Origin: a virus
Length of the DNA stretch: 64,000 nucleotides
Strand: one strand, 5' to 3'
IMG/VR virus record: IMGVR_UViG_3300024324_000416
Location: 1 to 64,000 of that record
The translations under genes were made by a program, and so were the position numbers. Below, in pieces: positions 37,801-48,088 of this stretch. The notes beneath the pieces are model-generated. The model had not been told where the DNA came from, made no database searches, and worked only from the letters and a program-made list of their open reading frames with translations. The stretch's first letter is position 1. Every line of letters begins with the position of its first letter.

Positions 37801-40800
37801 AAGAGAATTGCAAAGGCAAAGGGGTTTGGAACAAAGTCAGATGGTGTGTTCCAAACTTCACATGGAAAGGTTGCAAATAGGAGAACATCGACAGCAGCGG
37901 GTGCCCTACCAGACAGGGGTCGTCGGGGTAACTCTGCTGGTGTTACCAACTATCAAACAGTTGCAATGACTCAACGAGGCAAGGCAGCAGCACAAGCATA
38001 TGAGAAAGGTCTGCAACAAGAATTGAAGGGAAGTGACCCATACTTAGCAGCAAGAGATAGAAACAGTCCACATCCACAAGCGGCTATTGATGGGGCAGAT
38101 GATGCTGATTCATATGAAGCATCACGAAGGGCAGCCTTAGAGGGTTCTGACCCATACACAGATGCAAAGCAATCAGAAGGTTTGGCTGGATCTCCTAGCC
38201 AATCAAATAAAAGACTTGAAGCACTACAGAATAAAAGGGCAGGAACAACACAGCAAGCAATAGTTGCGGATCAAAAGGTTGTGGCAGCAAGCAATAGGCA
38301 GGTTGCAGCACAAAATAGATTTGCCACAGTAACAAACGTTGCATCTGCTGCAATGACTAATGTTGCTAAGGGTGCTAAAGGATTTGGTAAGGCATTGCTT
38401 AAAGGTAGTGGAAAACTATCCGCTGCAACAGGAGCAATGACAGGTGTAGTATTTGCGGCATCTATGATTCCTGGTCCGTTACAAGAACTATCACAACAGA
38501 TCATGCCTGCGACATTTGGATTAATGGCTGTTCAACAACTTCTTCCATTGCTAAAGAATCCTTGGGTTGCTCTTGCTGCTGCCGTCGTCGCCGCTGGCGT
38601 GGGAATCTGGTATTTAAATAAGACCACACAAGAGGCAGCAGAAGCATCAGCAAAATATGCAAAGACAATGATGGGTGCAAGAGAAGACATTCAGAAATAT
38701 TCAGACCAATTTGGAAACCTGTCTAATATTGAAAAAGAGGCACAAAGAAAAGTACAAAGAGAAACAGGAGAGTCTGTTGATGAAGAGAGTTTGTCTGAGG
38801 CAAAAGGATTTATAGAGGCAGAGGTAGGTAAAGAACTAATTGAAAGAGTTAAGTCTGCACAGTCTAATGGTGGAGCAGACGAAGCGGCAAGGTCGTTGGC
38901 GCAAAACCTAGCAAGACAAATTGGGGCAGGAACCATTAGCGAAAGTCTTGCTAATGCTATTTCTTATGAGGTTGCAAATGCAGTTGGAGATCAAGATATA
39001 GCAATAGATTCTATTATGAACGTAAATGAAATTCTTGGCCCCAATGGAAATGATTATCTAAAAGATCCTTTGCGAATCACAACAGAACTTTTAACAAGTG
39101 GTTGGGACATGGAAGAAGCAATGAACAATGCTGGATTACAATGGGATGGTCTATCATGGTATACACAAGTATTTATGATAGCAAAGGGTGATGGTACTGT
39201 TGATCTTTTTGCACCACAAGCAGCAGAGTCTGCTATTCAAGACCTTAAAATAATTGAAGAGGGTGAAGCAGCAATTGCAGAGGCACTTGCAACAGAAGCA
39301 ATTAATGCAGAAGAAGCAAAGAACCAGTTTGCAGAATTAGCCAAATTGCGTAGCGAATATTCATCAAATGATGCCCTAAAGGAAGCGCAGACATTGTATG
39401 GAGATGATTGGGGAGACGATCAAACAATTCAATTCCAAGAAAGAATTATCGATAGTTTTAAGTCAAGCGTAAATATGGAACTCGGAAAAGAAAAAGGAGA
39501 AGAGTTTGTAGAGGGAATAAACAAAGCAACAGATGATAACCTTGCAGCAGTTGATTTCCTTGATCCAAAATCCATGGAAACAGCAAAAGACCAACTAGAA
39601 AATTCCCTTGCGTTATGGGAAACAGACTTGGGGATGGCTATGGGTCGGGACGACACAGAGGGAATTGCTATTGCTAAAGCAGGAATAGAAGAAATAAACG
39701 GGTCTTTGAAAAGTTTAAGAACATATGCAGAAGACCTTCCAAACGCACTAAATGCCGTTTCATCAGGGTTGATTGATATTGAAGAAGGCATGGATATAGA
39801 TGACCTCATTGGAAAATGGAAAGAATACAAAGAAGAGATTCCTTCTGCTCAATGGCTAATGGGACAACTTGAACCAGAGAAACCTTTGTATGAGGCAATT
39901 TTTGGTGATGATGCACTACTTGGAATGCCCGAAGAAAAGGCTAACGAGTTGAAAGAAAATATGACTACTGCAATGATTGAAGTAACGCAAGCAGGAGGAG
40001 ATATTGATGATTTGTTTGCAATGATGGACGGTGACCTGCAAGCAACTGCCGCCGCTGCTAAAGAATTTGGACACATATTTAGTGAAGAATTTGACAACCT
40101 TCCAAAGAAACAACAAACAGACTTTATTCTTAATTTTGCTACAGACACTTTAGGGTGGAGCGACGAACTTGTTGCTTGGTTTGAGGCTCAAGATCCGAAT
40201 ACACAAAAGGAGTTCCTCCTTACTGTTATGACTAAGTATGAAGAATACGGAACTCCTAGTGCGGCGATGGCTCTTGCCGACGACGATCCATGGACGGCAC
40301 GATGGATCCATCGACAAAACCCCTCTGATTTGATACGCCAAGGGGAGACCGACGACGACGGAAAGGATCCCGCTCCAACAAAAACGCCACCGACCAGCAG
40401 CGGCAGCAGCGGCGGTAGTGAACCAGAACTAGATTGGCTAGAGCAACTACTAGAGGATACAAAAGAATCCAAAATACTTTATGGAAAAATCGTAGAAGAA
40501 GGAAAGGGCTCGATCATTGCAAGGAAGGGGTACATTCAATGGCTAAGAGAAAAAACAGGTCTAACTGAGGAGGCAATACAGGAACTTGCTAAAGACAAGG
40601 AAGCCAGAGACAGGTTTAAGGAAATGAGCAAAGCCAAACGAGACGAGTATGTTCAGAAGTCTAACAATAATGCTTTCCGTAAAGAACGTGACGACGTAAG
40701 GGCTAGAGAAGAAGAAGAGGCAAAGAAGGGAACGGTGCAAGATGAACTAGGCGACACCCTTCTCAGCCAAACCATTCAAGGCAATGAAACCCTTCTTACC

Positions 40801-42339
40801 TTGTACAATGGGACAAACGCAGAAAAGAAGAAAGCAACAGAACTTGGTCAAAGAATTGTTAATTTGGATTCCACGCAAATAGATCAACAGAAAAAAATTA
40901 ATGATCAAATTAAGCAGCAAAACGATTACCTGCTATCGCAAATGAAGGTGTCCAAGATGGTAACATCAATGGCAATTGAGCGTGCTGCCCTTGGCGGTAA
41001 GACTCTGAACGATCTCCAAGTTGATAACAATGTTTATAATAAAGAGGCAGCATGGATTAGGGCAACACAGATCGAACCACAGGAAGAACTTATTGAAGGA
41101 CAACAGGATCTTATTGATGGCTACGAAAGAGAAATAGATAAGGTACAAGAAGTCATTGATGGCTACGAGAGAGAAGTTGAGCACAAGCAACGCAAGATTG
41201 ATTTGATGAATCGTGAAGATGAATTGCGTATGCGTGAATCAGATATGCTTTCACACGACCTCAAACTTATGGGGTACCAGGAAGAAACAATTAATGATAC
41301 ATACAACGCAAGAATTGATGCATTAACCAAGGTACAGCAAATAAATCAAAACATTGCTAAGTCTCAGCAGACACAACTAGGATTGTCTGATGCTCTTTCC
41401 CGTGGTGATATTGGTGCTGCCGCTCAAGCCGCTGCACAGATGCAATCAGAGCAGGCAGATTTTGCAGCACAAGCATTCTCTTCTTCCCTAGAAACAGCAA
41501 GAGATTCTGCTGTAAATTCTTTGACGGGACAAGATAGTGGTCTTACTCGTGATCAAATTGATGATAGGCAACGAGTACTAGAGGAGCAGTCTTACCAAAA
41601 CAAACTTGCAACATTAGCAATTTCAGATGAGATCTACAACATTCAAGAAAAGATCTATGGGCAAGAAGTTTTGATTGAGGCACAGGAAGTTCTTATCTCA
41701 GAAGCAAACAAGAATATTCTTGGATATCAAGATCAAATTGCTTTGATTGAAGATGGTCGTCTAAAAACTATTGAGGATATTGTTAAAGAAAACGATAAGC
41801 AACTTGCTTTTGCTGAGTGGCAGATAGCAGCAGGCACAGCAGAGCACGACAAGGCAATTGGTCGGGCAGAGCAAGAGTTCAAGGCATTAGAGGACATTAA
41901 TAATCTAGAACTTAAGAGTCTAGAAATAGAAGAGGCACAGGGCGTACAGATTAAGCAAAACCTAGATCTTATGAACTCTTTCGGAAAAGCGACAGCAAGA
42001 GCAATGAAGGCCATAAAGTCAGGAGAATTTGATCCTGTTAAGTACAGCGAAAAGGTAGGAAAGCAGTCAGCAGCACTTGCCAAGCAAATGTCATCAATTT
42101 CCTTTGACGCAACCAAGTATGAGGGTATGATTGGACCAAAGACAACAGCATCTTTTAACGTATCTCAAACAGCCTCCCCAGTCTCATCTGGTATAATGGG
42201 TGGTATAGCAGGAAACGTAACAAACAACTTTATGAATAACAGCGTAAGGGTAGATGCAGCAGGAGCAAATGCCAACGAAGTAGCAGACATTGTTATCCGT
42301 AGGTTGGAAATAGACAAGACGAAGAATACAGGAGGATAG
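34852..42339 (+). CDS. Tape measure protein
   Basis: 2495 aa helical; TP901-type core; MATGG...DRVPALLTPGEFVV motif; follows chaperone. Confidence 0.93.
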   Translation: MSDTDANIRINIETAKAQAQLRALQTQVATLQKTMAGTSMANMGVAGAGLAASMPQLKGFNNEIVTMASNTKLLDKSLAGASRGISDSFTTMRQSITKTGTAYDLAVQKANLLNRKYKEVGRNLDGMSTVVRSSPIKSMATDSQIATQRLSIFNRALQQGSTSILNWGKNMQWAGRQLMVGFTVPLTIAAGLAAKAFMDLEREVINFKRVYGDFDTSINETNAMADAVQELAIEMTRLGFTAKETTGLAADAAATGLVGDELLNVTRQATNLATLGMISQDQALNTMISLNSAFKIQGQELEDTVNFLNAVENQTVLALSDVTESIPLVAPVIQGLGGDIQDLAVMLTAMREGGIGANEAANALKTSLARLITPAKAARDRAGELGINLNAIVEDNEGDLMGMINSLAQAMEGLSDLDTQKLLSDLFGKRQFARMGALFTNIADDASQAQRVIELTTTSTAELAALADRELGEIAGSSTMRFTSALEQLKVAIAPIGEAVLKLITPVLEFGTKVANWFNDLGDNAKKALGFLTVGIGVVIPGLVMFIGLMGNLTGILLKGFQTILNLVPALRNLGGGAEYLSNEQLEAANAAAQLNTQESVLNSTLSAQATIVGNLVGQYNALATSMRGVPGGAGPAGKPPVKMATGGNVPGSGTGDRVPALLTPGEFVVKKSQADKHRGFLSALNGGSVKGFNEGGSVQVGGRTVPVGFDIGALDTRALEKKIAKALEWGVSEADIERIIAQSVEQGVTQGMSSKEGTKQVSEGMAKELGREGLGSRQKYNKDGELWTEKSHVMDPIRLSTKEVDAYAESIRASGDQATKAGKAQLELIDAVGASNVKVEQLGDAVLDLPSAVNQSLKGGGQMSGKAAKTALLDPDVLANTFNTQKEQWANYSTDMNLSQQEIDSGFAQIDAAQAEYEQHIRNISDDAIVVEQATTDLGENTVALNKVYEKSTQNTKGAFKEFQNEIKKGGKNIRLSLTEEGKRIAKAKGFGTKSDGVFQTSHGKVANRRTSTAAGALPDRGRRGNSAGVTNYQTVAMTQRGKAAAQAYEKGLQQELKGSDPYLAARDRNSPHPQAAIDGADDADSYEASRRAALEGSDPYTDAKQSEGLAGSPSQSNKRLEALQNKRAGTTQQAIVADQKVVAASNRQVAAQNRFATVTNVASAAMTNVAKGAKGFGKALLKGSGKLSAATGAMTGVVFAASMIPGPLQELSQQIMPATFGLMAVQQLLPLLKNPWVALAAAVVAAGVGIWYLNKTTQEAAEASAKYAKTMMGAREDIQKYSDQFGNLSNIEKEAQRKVQRETGESVDEESLSEAKGFIEAEVGKELIERVKSAQSNGGADEAARSLAQNLARQIGAGTISESLANAISYEVANAVGDQDIAIDSIMNVNEILGPNGNDYLKDPLRITTELLTSGWDMEEAMNNAGLQWDGLSWYTQVFMIAKGDGTVDLFAPQAAESAIQDLKIIEEGEAAIAEALATEAINAEEAKNQFAELAKLRSEYSSNDALKEAQTLYGDDWGDDQTIQFQERIIDSFKSSVNMELGKEKGEEFVEGINKATDDNLAAVDFLDPKSMETAKDQLENSLALWETDLGMAMGRDDTEGIAIAKAGIEEINGSLKSLRTYAEDLPNALNAVSSGLIDIEEGMDIDDLIGKWKEYKEEIPSAQWLMGQLEPEKPLYEAIFGDDALLGMPEEKANELKENMTTAMIEVTQAGGDIDDLFAMMDGDLQATAAAAKEFGHIFSEEFDNLPKKQQTDFILNFATDTLGWSDELVAWFEAQDPNTQKEFLLTVMTKYEEYGTPSAAMALADDDPWTARWIHRQNPSDLIRQGETDDDGKDPAPTKTPPTSSGSSGGSEPELDWLEQLLEDTKESKILYGKIVEEGKGSIIARKGYIQWLREKTGLTEEAIQELAKDKEARDRFKEMSKAKRDEYVQKSNNNAFRKERDDVRAREEEEAKKGTVQDELGDTLLSQTIQGNETLLTLYNGTNAEKKKATELGQRIVNLDSTQIDQQKKINDQIKQQNDYLLSQMKVSKMVTSMAIERAALGGKTLNDLQVDNNVYNKEAAWIRATQIEPQEELIEGQQDLIDGYEREIDKVQEVIDGYEREVEHKQRKIDLMNREDELRMRESDMLSHDLKLMGYQEETINDTYNARIDALTKVQQINQNIAKSQQTQLGLSDALSRGDIGAAAQAAAQMQSEQADFAAQAFSSSLETARDSAVNSLTGQDSGLTRDQIDDRQRVLEEQSYQNKLATLAISDEIYNIQEKIYGQEVLIEAQEVLISEANKNILGYQDQIALIEDGRLKTIEDIVKENDKQLAFAEWQIAAGTAEHDKAIGRAEQEFKALEDINNLELKSLEIEEAQGVQIKQNLDLMNSFGKATARAMKAIKSGEFDPVKYSEKVGKQSAALAKQMSSISFDATKYEGMIGPKTTASFNVSQTASPVSSGIMGGIAGNVTNNFMNNSVRVDAAGANANEVADIVIRRLEIDKTKNTGG
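42189..42197 (+). promoter_or_regulatory. Internal extended -10 promoter for tail tip genes
   Basis: TGGTATAAT about 145 nt before ATG 42341 (RBS AGGAGG). Confidence 0.55.
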
Positions 42340-42340
42340 A

Positions 42341-42991
42341 ATGGCTGGACTATATGGACCCACAGTTACAACTGGCTTGGGAAACTCCTACATTGATAAT
42401 CGCAAACGCTGGAACCGACCACAGGCTATGTTGTGGTCAAACAATCCTGGCGAGGTTGTGAAGTCTGGTCAGTATTCTGGATCAACATATCCTTTGGGGC
42501 AAGAAGGGGTAGACTTCATCGTTGTCTCTGATCATAGCAGATCCCCTATCTCAATGGACTTTCAAAGAATAGAAAATAGAATGCGTATGGTAAATGGTAA
42601 TATGAGGTCATACCATACAGCAGACAAGTTAGCAATCAACTGTTCTTGGGGATTGCTGCCTTCACGATCATATCACAACAAAACAACATACGCTATGGAT
42701 GGATCACGCACACCCGCAGGAGGATGTGAGTATACAGCAGACGGAGGTGCTGGTGGGGTAGATATGGTAAATTGGTACAGAAATACCAAAGGACCAATGT
42801 GGGTGTTTCTGTCATACGATAACTTTGATAAGTATGTTGACGAGAATGGAACTCCAAGTGGAAACGAAATGGAAATGCTAAACTATTTCCCTGATAGGTA
42901 TCAGATGTTCTTTTCCTCATTTAACTTCTCTATTGAGAAGCGGGGCATTTACGATATGTGGAATGTATCTGTGAGTCTGGACGAAGCATAA
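42341..42991 (+). CDS. Distal tail (Dit)-like minor tail protein
   Basis: First gene after TMP; RMVNGNMRSYH...WNVSVSLDEA. Confidence 0.65.
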   Translation: MAGLYGPTVTTGLGNSYIDNRKRWNRPQAMLWSNNPGEVVKSGQYSGSTYPLGQEGVDFIVVSDHSRSPISMDFQRIENRMRMVNGNMRSYHTADKLAINCSWGLLPSRSYHNKTTYAMDGSRTPAGGCEYTADGGAGGVDMVNWYRNTKGPMWVFLSYDNFDKYVDENGTPSGNEMEMLNYFPDRYQMFFSSFNFSIEKRGIYDMWNVSVSLDEA

Positions 42992-45900
42992 TGTACGGAG
43001 AAGAAGATTTTCAGAATTACATGAAAACATCTCACACTATCGAAACAGATAGTCGTGTGATAGCAGAATGGAATATGAACATTCCAGGTAATATTCAGGC
43101 AGTAGGCAACTATGAGGTTAGGAACGGCAACGTAGTTGAGAATGCCCCCAATGCTACAGACAGCAATACAGTTGTCACCAGTCAATACTACCAAGAAGGA
43201 GCAAGCACACCTACTCAATTTACAGACAATCGTGAGCGTATGCGTTTGCTGTACTCACTTTCAGAGTGCATAACCCCCAACCGCCCTCGTAGCGGTATCA
43301 ACAAGCCATTGTACCTAGGGTACACAACATCAGACACAATATCGGCACAATACATTAATAATTATGGTAGTTTTATTGCAGAGCGTCCAAGGTATTACAT
43401 GGGCTCACGCTTTGACTCATTTAAGTATTGGACTTCATACCGTGTTGATAAGATCGGTAAGGAGCGAGGTATCTCTAATGAGGATGGAACCATTGATGAC
43501 GTTGCCCCCTATGTTATGTACAAGAGTCCTGTCCCTGCAAATCGCATCGTAATAAAGATGCAAACAAATGTGGGAGAAAAAAACCTTGGGCCATTCCGTG
43601 TAGGAGATGACCTCATACAAGATCCTTTGTTTGGTTCAGAAAATGCTACAGTACCTACTAGTTGGTATGTACAGTTGCGAGTCAATGGAGATTGGGAAAC
43701 AGTAAAGACTCTTACAGACTCAAACATTCCTAGTGATGGATATGTGGAATTAGGTTTTGGTTATTCTTTGGGGGAGGACGCAAAGATTGTTGGCATCATG
43801 CCTACCCCCAATGCTCTACCAAATACAGCAGAAGAAGGAGACACATACTGGGTAGAATCCGCATCAGCGTACTACAAGTACAACAGACCAGAGTGGAAGG
43901 TAGTAGAACCAATTGAAGGATGGGACGTTATAGATGCTACACTACGAGACACAACCCCTGTAGCAAGCGACCTTGTAAGAAATGAGATTACTGATAAGGA
44001 AGTGCAATATATTGAGGGCATCCGTATTGTAGTCACAAACATGAACAAGCCAAACCAAACCTTTGATCTTATTGAAATGTCACCACGATTGGTAGCAGAT
44101 CTAACAAATAGAGTTATGACCTTTAACGTGTCTAAGATTCTTGGAGATTTAGCAAACAGCCCCTTGCCTGTCGGCAAGTTGCTTGCTTCTACTGGAACTA
44201 TGGGAATAAACAACAATGATGCTGCATTCTCCTACGAGAATACTGATAGCCTGCTATGTATTACAAATGCAGGAAAGATTGTAGACACAGTAATGCACAC
44301 AAAAATTAAGGTAACTTTCTATGATGTTGTAAAGAATGTGATTGTGTCTAATGAAAGCGCATTGGGTAAAATACAAACAGAGGAACAAAACGTTCACATT
44401 CCTATCAAGACCTTGTACTCTGATGGCTTCCCTCAATCGACTGGTCAGTTTGATACCGTAGATGTTACATTACGAGACAAGTACAGTTTCTTGGAAAGTG
44501 AGAAAGCACCAGAATTGTTCTTGCAGGATATCTCTCTATCCTTTGCTATCGTAATGCTGCTTGACCATATAGGTTTTACAAACTACAAGTTCTACCGATT
44601 GGAAAATGAGCAAGACGACATTATCCCATTCTTCTTTGTTTCTTCTGGCAAAAACGTAGCAGAGATTTTGCAACAACTTGCTACCGCCAGCCAATGTGCT
44701 ATGTGGTTTGATGAGGAAAACAACCTTTGTGTTGGTACTCGTGAGTGGCTGTTCTCTAATCAAAGAGAAGCCGTTGGTGTCTTGCGTGCAGAAAATGATG
44801 AGGAGGGATTGGCTAACGTCATAAGTATTGCGTCAAGAGAAAAGAAGGTAGTAAACAACGGAAGCATCTCATTTACTGAACGGTACATTCAAAGAGAGTT
44901 CGAAACAATAAAGCAAGCATTCCATACGTCAAGATGGAAGAACTGGACATACAAGCCTGTGCTACTTTGGGAGATTGCTCCTGATGAAACATTGCGAACA
45001 TACAATACCGTATCTAAAGAAGGTAGCATCTACTCCTTGAGTGCTCTCCCCTTATCAGAGGATATTACAGATCAAGAGCCACAGGTTGTTGGTGGAGAAA
45101 TAGTAAATAACGTAATGGAGTTTGGTGAGGGCATTACTTGGCTGGGGCGAGCCAACGGATACTTTTATGCTAACGGAGAGATTATTAGGTTTGATGCTAT
45201 TGAATTTTCTATATCTGGACTAGGAACTAGGTGGGTCACAGACAACGATGACTACCAGGGATACTTAGCAGACTTGCCATTTGGGGGCAAGATCTATGCC
45301 ACAGGTCGTGTGCGTATTTGGGCAGAGCCAACCTATGATCAAAACGGAAACTATGTTTCTATCAACGCTCATGGTCGTGGTCAATTTGGTACGCCAATTG
45401 TAGAGCACAAAGCAGGGCTAAACGAATACTGGACAGACAACACAAACTGCTACGGTTTGCAAATGGATTCATCATACTTGTACTCCCCTGACCACATTCG
45501 CAAATATCCTTTAGGTATGGATAATGCTATCTCGGCTATGGATGATAGCGTCCATCTTAATGCTAGAAACTCAGACAGGACTAGCGTTATCAAAAACTTT
45601 TTAGCAGATACATTCCAGACGGAACAGGAAAACTTTAGATTTAACTCAACCAACAGAGGAACGGTACAGGCTTCTTCACTTGTATTTACTGGCCCCAAAG
45701 ACTTTGAAGATCGTGGAGACAACCAAGCCAAAACCGCAGACAACCTAACATATATCTTGAAGGACTTTGGTGCCGAAGCCCCATATCATCACTACGGCAC
45801 TCGCATGAGAATTATTGGAGAGATTCTCTCTAACTCTAACACTAAGCAAACTGCCGTGGGGCAGAGTGAATATGTAACGCTACAACCAGACAACCCATCT

Positions 45901-47478
45901 GAGCAGGTTAACATTGTGGGTGGTGGAGGTGGCCTAGCCATTCAGGTAGATCCAACTACAAGTGGTGGGTACTTCTATGAATTGGTGGCCCTATCAGAGG
46001 ACGGCAACCCCAAGAATCCAGCCAACCCAACATACAACGCTACAGTAACCATGACCCCAGACAGAGGAACATCTAAGGTAGTCATCTCAACAGGTGTTGA
46101 GCACAACATAGAAGAAGCAGATAGGTTTGTAGTAACGTACAATGGCTCAGATCCATCACTTAAAGCACTATCTGGGGAGTGGACAGCAGAGGCGGTAGAG
46201 GTTAAGCAAGGAAAGGTACGCATTCGTATTGATGGAGAATACAGTTACAACGGTGCGGAGACAGTAAAGATCCAGAAGATTGGTTCTGGTGCAGTTACAC
46301 TATCTAACATATTCTTTTACAAAATGCAAGAGAAAGATGGCGAGATGATCCCCTTGGTTATGTGGGAAGGTCTTGCAGAGATCTTGGTAAATGAAGGAAA
46401 GTTTACAGAGAGTTTCAGGATATCAACAAACGAAAAAGAAACCATCTATGATATGGGTGTAGAATTTAAGGACACATCTAACTCTCGCACATTCTATCTA
46501 TACTTAAACAACAAGCAAATTGCTACTGTCACAGACGACGATCCAATTCAAAGGCCAAGAAACACTTGTGCCATGTTTGTAAGAGGAAAAGCAAAGTGTA
46601 TGTTCAGCAACATCTATGCCTTGACTGAGAGAATATCCGAAAACCCATCTGCGGTGGCAGCAAATAATATCTCTGATGTTTTTGGAACAAAGAGCATTAC
46701 TCAAACAGAGTCAATTAGAAAGTATGGAATCTCTGGAATGGTTCGTGAGTCCTACCTATCAGGAATCAAGACCGAAGGTGCCCCAGACTATCAAATGTAT
46801 TTTGATGAGTTTGGAACCATTATGCGAGAGTGTGCCTATATAGAGGCCAAGTACGATCAGGCATATCCAGCACTTGCCGCTATGCTGGCTTCTCCAATTA
46901 GTAATGCAAAGGGGTACAGCACTTCTGGCTTCATAGCAGGAGCATATGGAGCAGAGTTTTTGGTATTCAATAACACAGACACAGCATTGCAACTTGACGC
47001 AGATAGTGGCAACTTCTTGAGAATTATTGGAGTGTCCTTTACACAAGACACAACAAAAGAACTTACCGTAGACGATTACTACGGCAAGGTAGGAGACTTG
47101 TCCAAACTAAATAATCCAGACACAAATGTTTCTGCCCAAGAGTACCGTGAGAAGTATAATCAAATTATTACATCTCGTAGTAAGTATGGTGTAAAAGATT
47201 TCGATGGTATGAGTAGTGATTACATCCAAAACACGGCACAGGCAGAAAATATGATAGGGTGGATTATGAGCAAAACAATGGAGCCAAAGCAAATGATTGG
47301 TATCAATGCCTTTGGTTTGCAGCACACAGAGTTGGGCGATATCTATACCCTCAACTACAAGGTTCTAGATGGTGTTGATGCCATTTCCAATGAAGAGAAA
47401 AGGTTTGTAACATATCAGGTTGATTACGGTAAAACTGAGCAAGGCGTAAATATGTCTTTGTATTTGGTGGAGGTGTAA
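42991..47478 (+). CDS. Large minor tail/baseplate hub protein
   Basis: TAATG coupling; about 1495 aa; LQQLATASQCAMWFDEENNL hub-like motif. Confidence 0.7.
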   Translation: MYGEEDFQNYMKTSHTIETDSRVIAEWNMNIPGNIQAVGNYEVRNGNVVENAPNATDSNTVVTSQYYQEGASTPTQFTDNRERMRLLYSLSECITPNRPRSGINKPLYLGYTTSDTISAQYINNYGSFIAERPRYYMGSRFDSFKYWTSYRVDKIGKERGISNEDGTIDDVAPYVMYKSPVPANRIVIKMQTNVGEKNLGPFRVGDDLIQDPLFGSENATVPTSWYVQLRVNGDWETVKTLTDSNIPSDGYVELGFGYSLGEDAKIVGIMPTPNALPNTAEEGDTYWVESASAYYKYNRPEWKVVEPIEGWDVIDATLRDTTPVASDLVRNEITDKEVQYIEGIRIVVTNMNKPNQTFDLIEMSPRLVADLTNRVMTFNVSKILGDLANSPLPVGKLLASTGTMGINNNDAAFSYENTDSLLCITNAGKIVDTVMHTKIKVTFYDVVKNVIVSNESALGKIQTEEQNVHIPIKTLYSDGFPQSTGQFDTVDVTLRDKYSFLESEKAPELFLQDISLSFAIVMLLDHIGFTNYKFYRLENEQDDIIPFFFVSSGKNVAEILQQLATASQCAMWFDEENNLCVGTREWLFSNQREAVGVLRAENDEEGLANVISIASREKKVVNNGSISFTERYIQREFETIKQAFHTSRWKNWTYKPVLLWEIAPDETLRTYNTVSKEGSIYSLSALPLSEDITDQEPQVVGGEIVNNVMEFGEGITWLGRANGYFYANGEIIRFDAIEFSISGLGTRWVTDNDDYQGYLADLPFGGKIYATGRVRIWAEPTYDQNGNYVSINAHGRGQFGTPIVEHKAGLNEYWTDNTNCYGLQMDSSYLYSPDHIRKYPLGMDNAISAMDDSVHLNARNSDRTSVIKNFLADTFQTEQENFRFNSTNRGTVQASSLVFTGPKDFEDRGDNQAKTADNLTYILKDFGAEAPYHHYGTRMRIIGEILSNSNTKQTAVGQSEYVTLQPDNPSEQVNIVGGGGGLAIQVDPTTSGGYFYELVALSEDGNPKNPANPTYNATVTMTPDRGTSKVVISTGVEHNIEEADRFVVTYNGSDPSLKALSGEWTAEAVEVKQGKVRIRIDGEYSYNGAETVKIQKIGSGAVTLSNIFFYKMQEKDGEMIPLVMWEGLAEILVNEGKFTESFRISTNEKETIYDMGVEFKDTSNSRTFYLYLNNKQIATVTDDDPIQRPRNTCAMFVRGKAKCMFSNIYALTERISENPSAVAANNISDVFGTKSITQTESIRKYGISGMVRESYLSGIKTEGAPDYQMYFDEFGTIMRECAYIEAKYDQAYPALAAMLASPISNAKGYSTSGFIAGAYGAEFLVFNNTDTALQLDADSGNFLRIIGVSFTQDTTKELTVDDYYGKVGDLSKLNNPDTNVSAQEYREKYNQIITSRSKYGVKDFDGMSSDYIQNTAQAENMIGWIMSKTMEPKQMIGINAFGLQHTELGDIYTLNYKVLDGVDAISNEEKRFVTYQVDYGKTEQGVNMSLYLVEV

Positions 47479-47479
47479 G

Positions 47480-48088
47480 ATGGCTACCTATGCTGAATTG
47501 CAAGCAGCCCTACAACGAGAGCACGAGCATTGGAAGGCTACTGGTGAAAGTAGAACAGCAGAGTCTACAAGGCTAAGAAACTGGTGGGCAGGGTATCAAG
47601 CCCCAGCCCCAGCACCCGCACCACCTCCTGCTCCACCACCCCCTCCACCTCCCCCACCTAAGGGACAGGATGCTATAACCGCTAATGTGCAGGTTGGAGA
47701 TACAAACATAGTTACTTGGACCAAGACTGATATGTCTGTGTCTCAATTGGAGGAACTATATTTTCAAGATGTTGGCGGCACCGAAATTCTTTCTGTAGCA
47801 AGGCACGACAATATCAATGGAGAAGAGACAGCATACCGATACCTAGGCAATGTTGATGAGTTGCAGATGCAGTTCAACAGCCTAAACCTTATGCTAAACA
47901 ATGATATTAGAAACATCTTCAACAAGTTTGCTATTGATATGTCCAAGAGAATCCCTGACCTAGAGGCAGCCGTAGAGAGCGATACCACAGGGTTTGTGGT
48001 ATACTTAGATAGTGTCAATGAGGATGAATATGTCCAACTTGAAGTTGCAACAGAGCACGAATTAATACAATTGGAGGTAAACCCATGA
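47480..48088 (+). CDS. Minor tail protein with polyproline linker
   Basis: APAPAPAPPPAPPPPPPPPPK; tail module. Confidence 0.55.
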   Translation: MATYAELQAALQREHEHWKATGESRTAESTRLRNWWAGYQAPAPAPAPPPAPPPPPPPPPKGQDAITANVQVGDTNIVTWTKTDMSVSQLEELYFQDVGGTEILSVARHDNINGEETAYRYLGNVDELQMQFNSLNLMLNNDIRNIFNKFAIDMSKRIPDLEAAVESDTTGFVVYLDSVNEDEYVQLEVATEHELIQLEVNP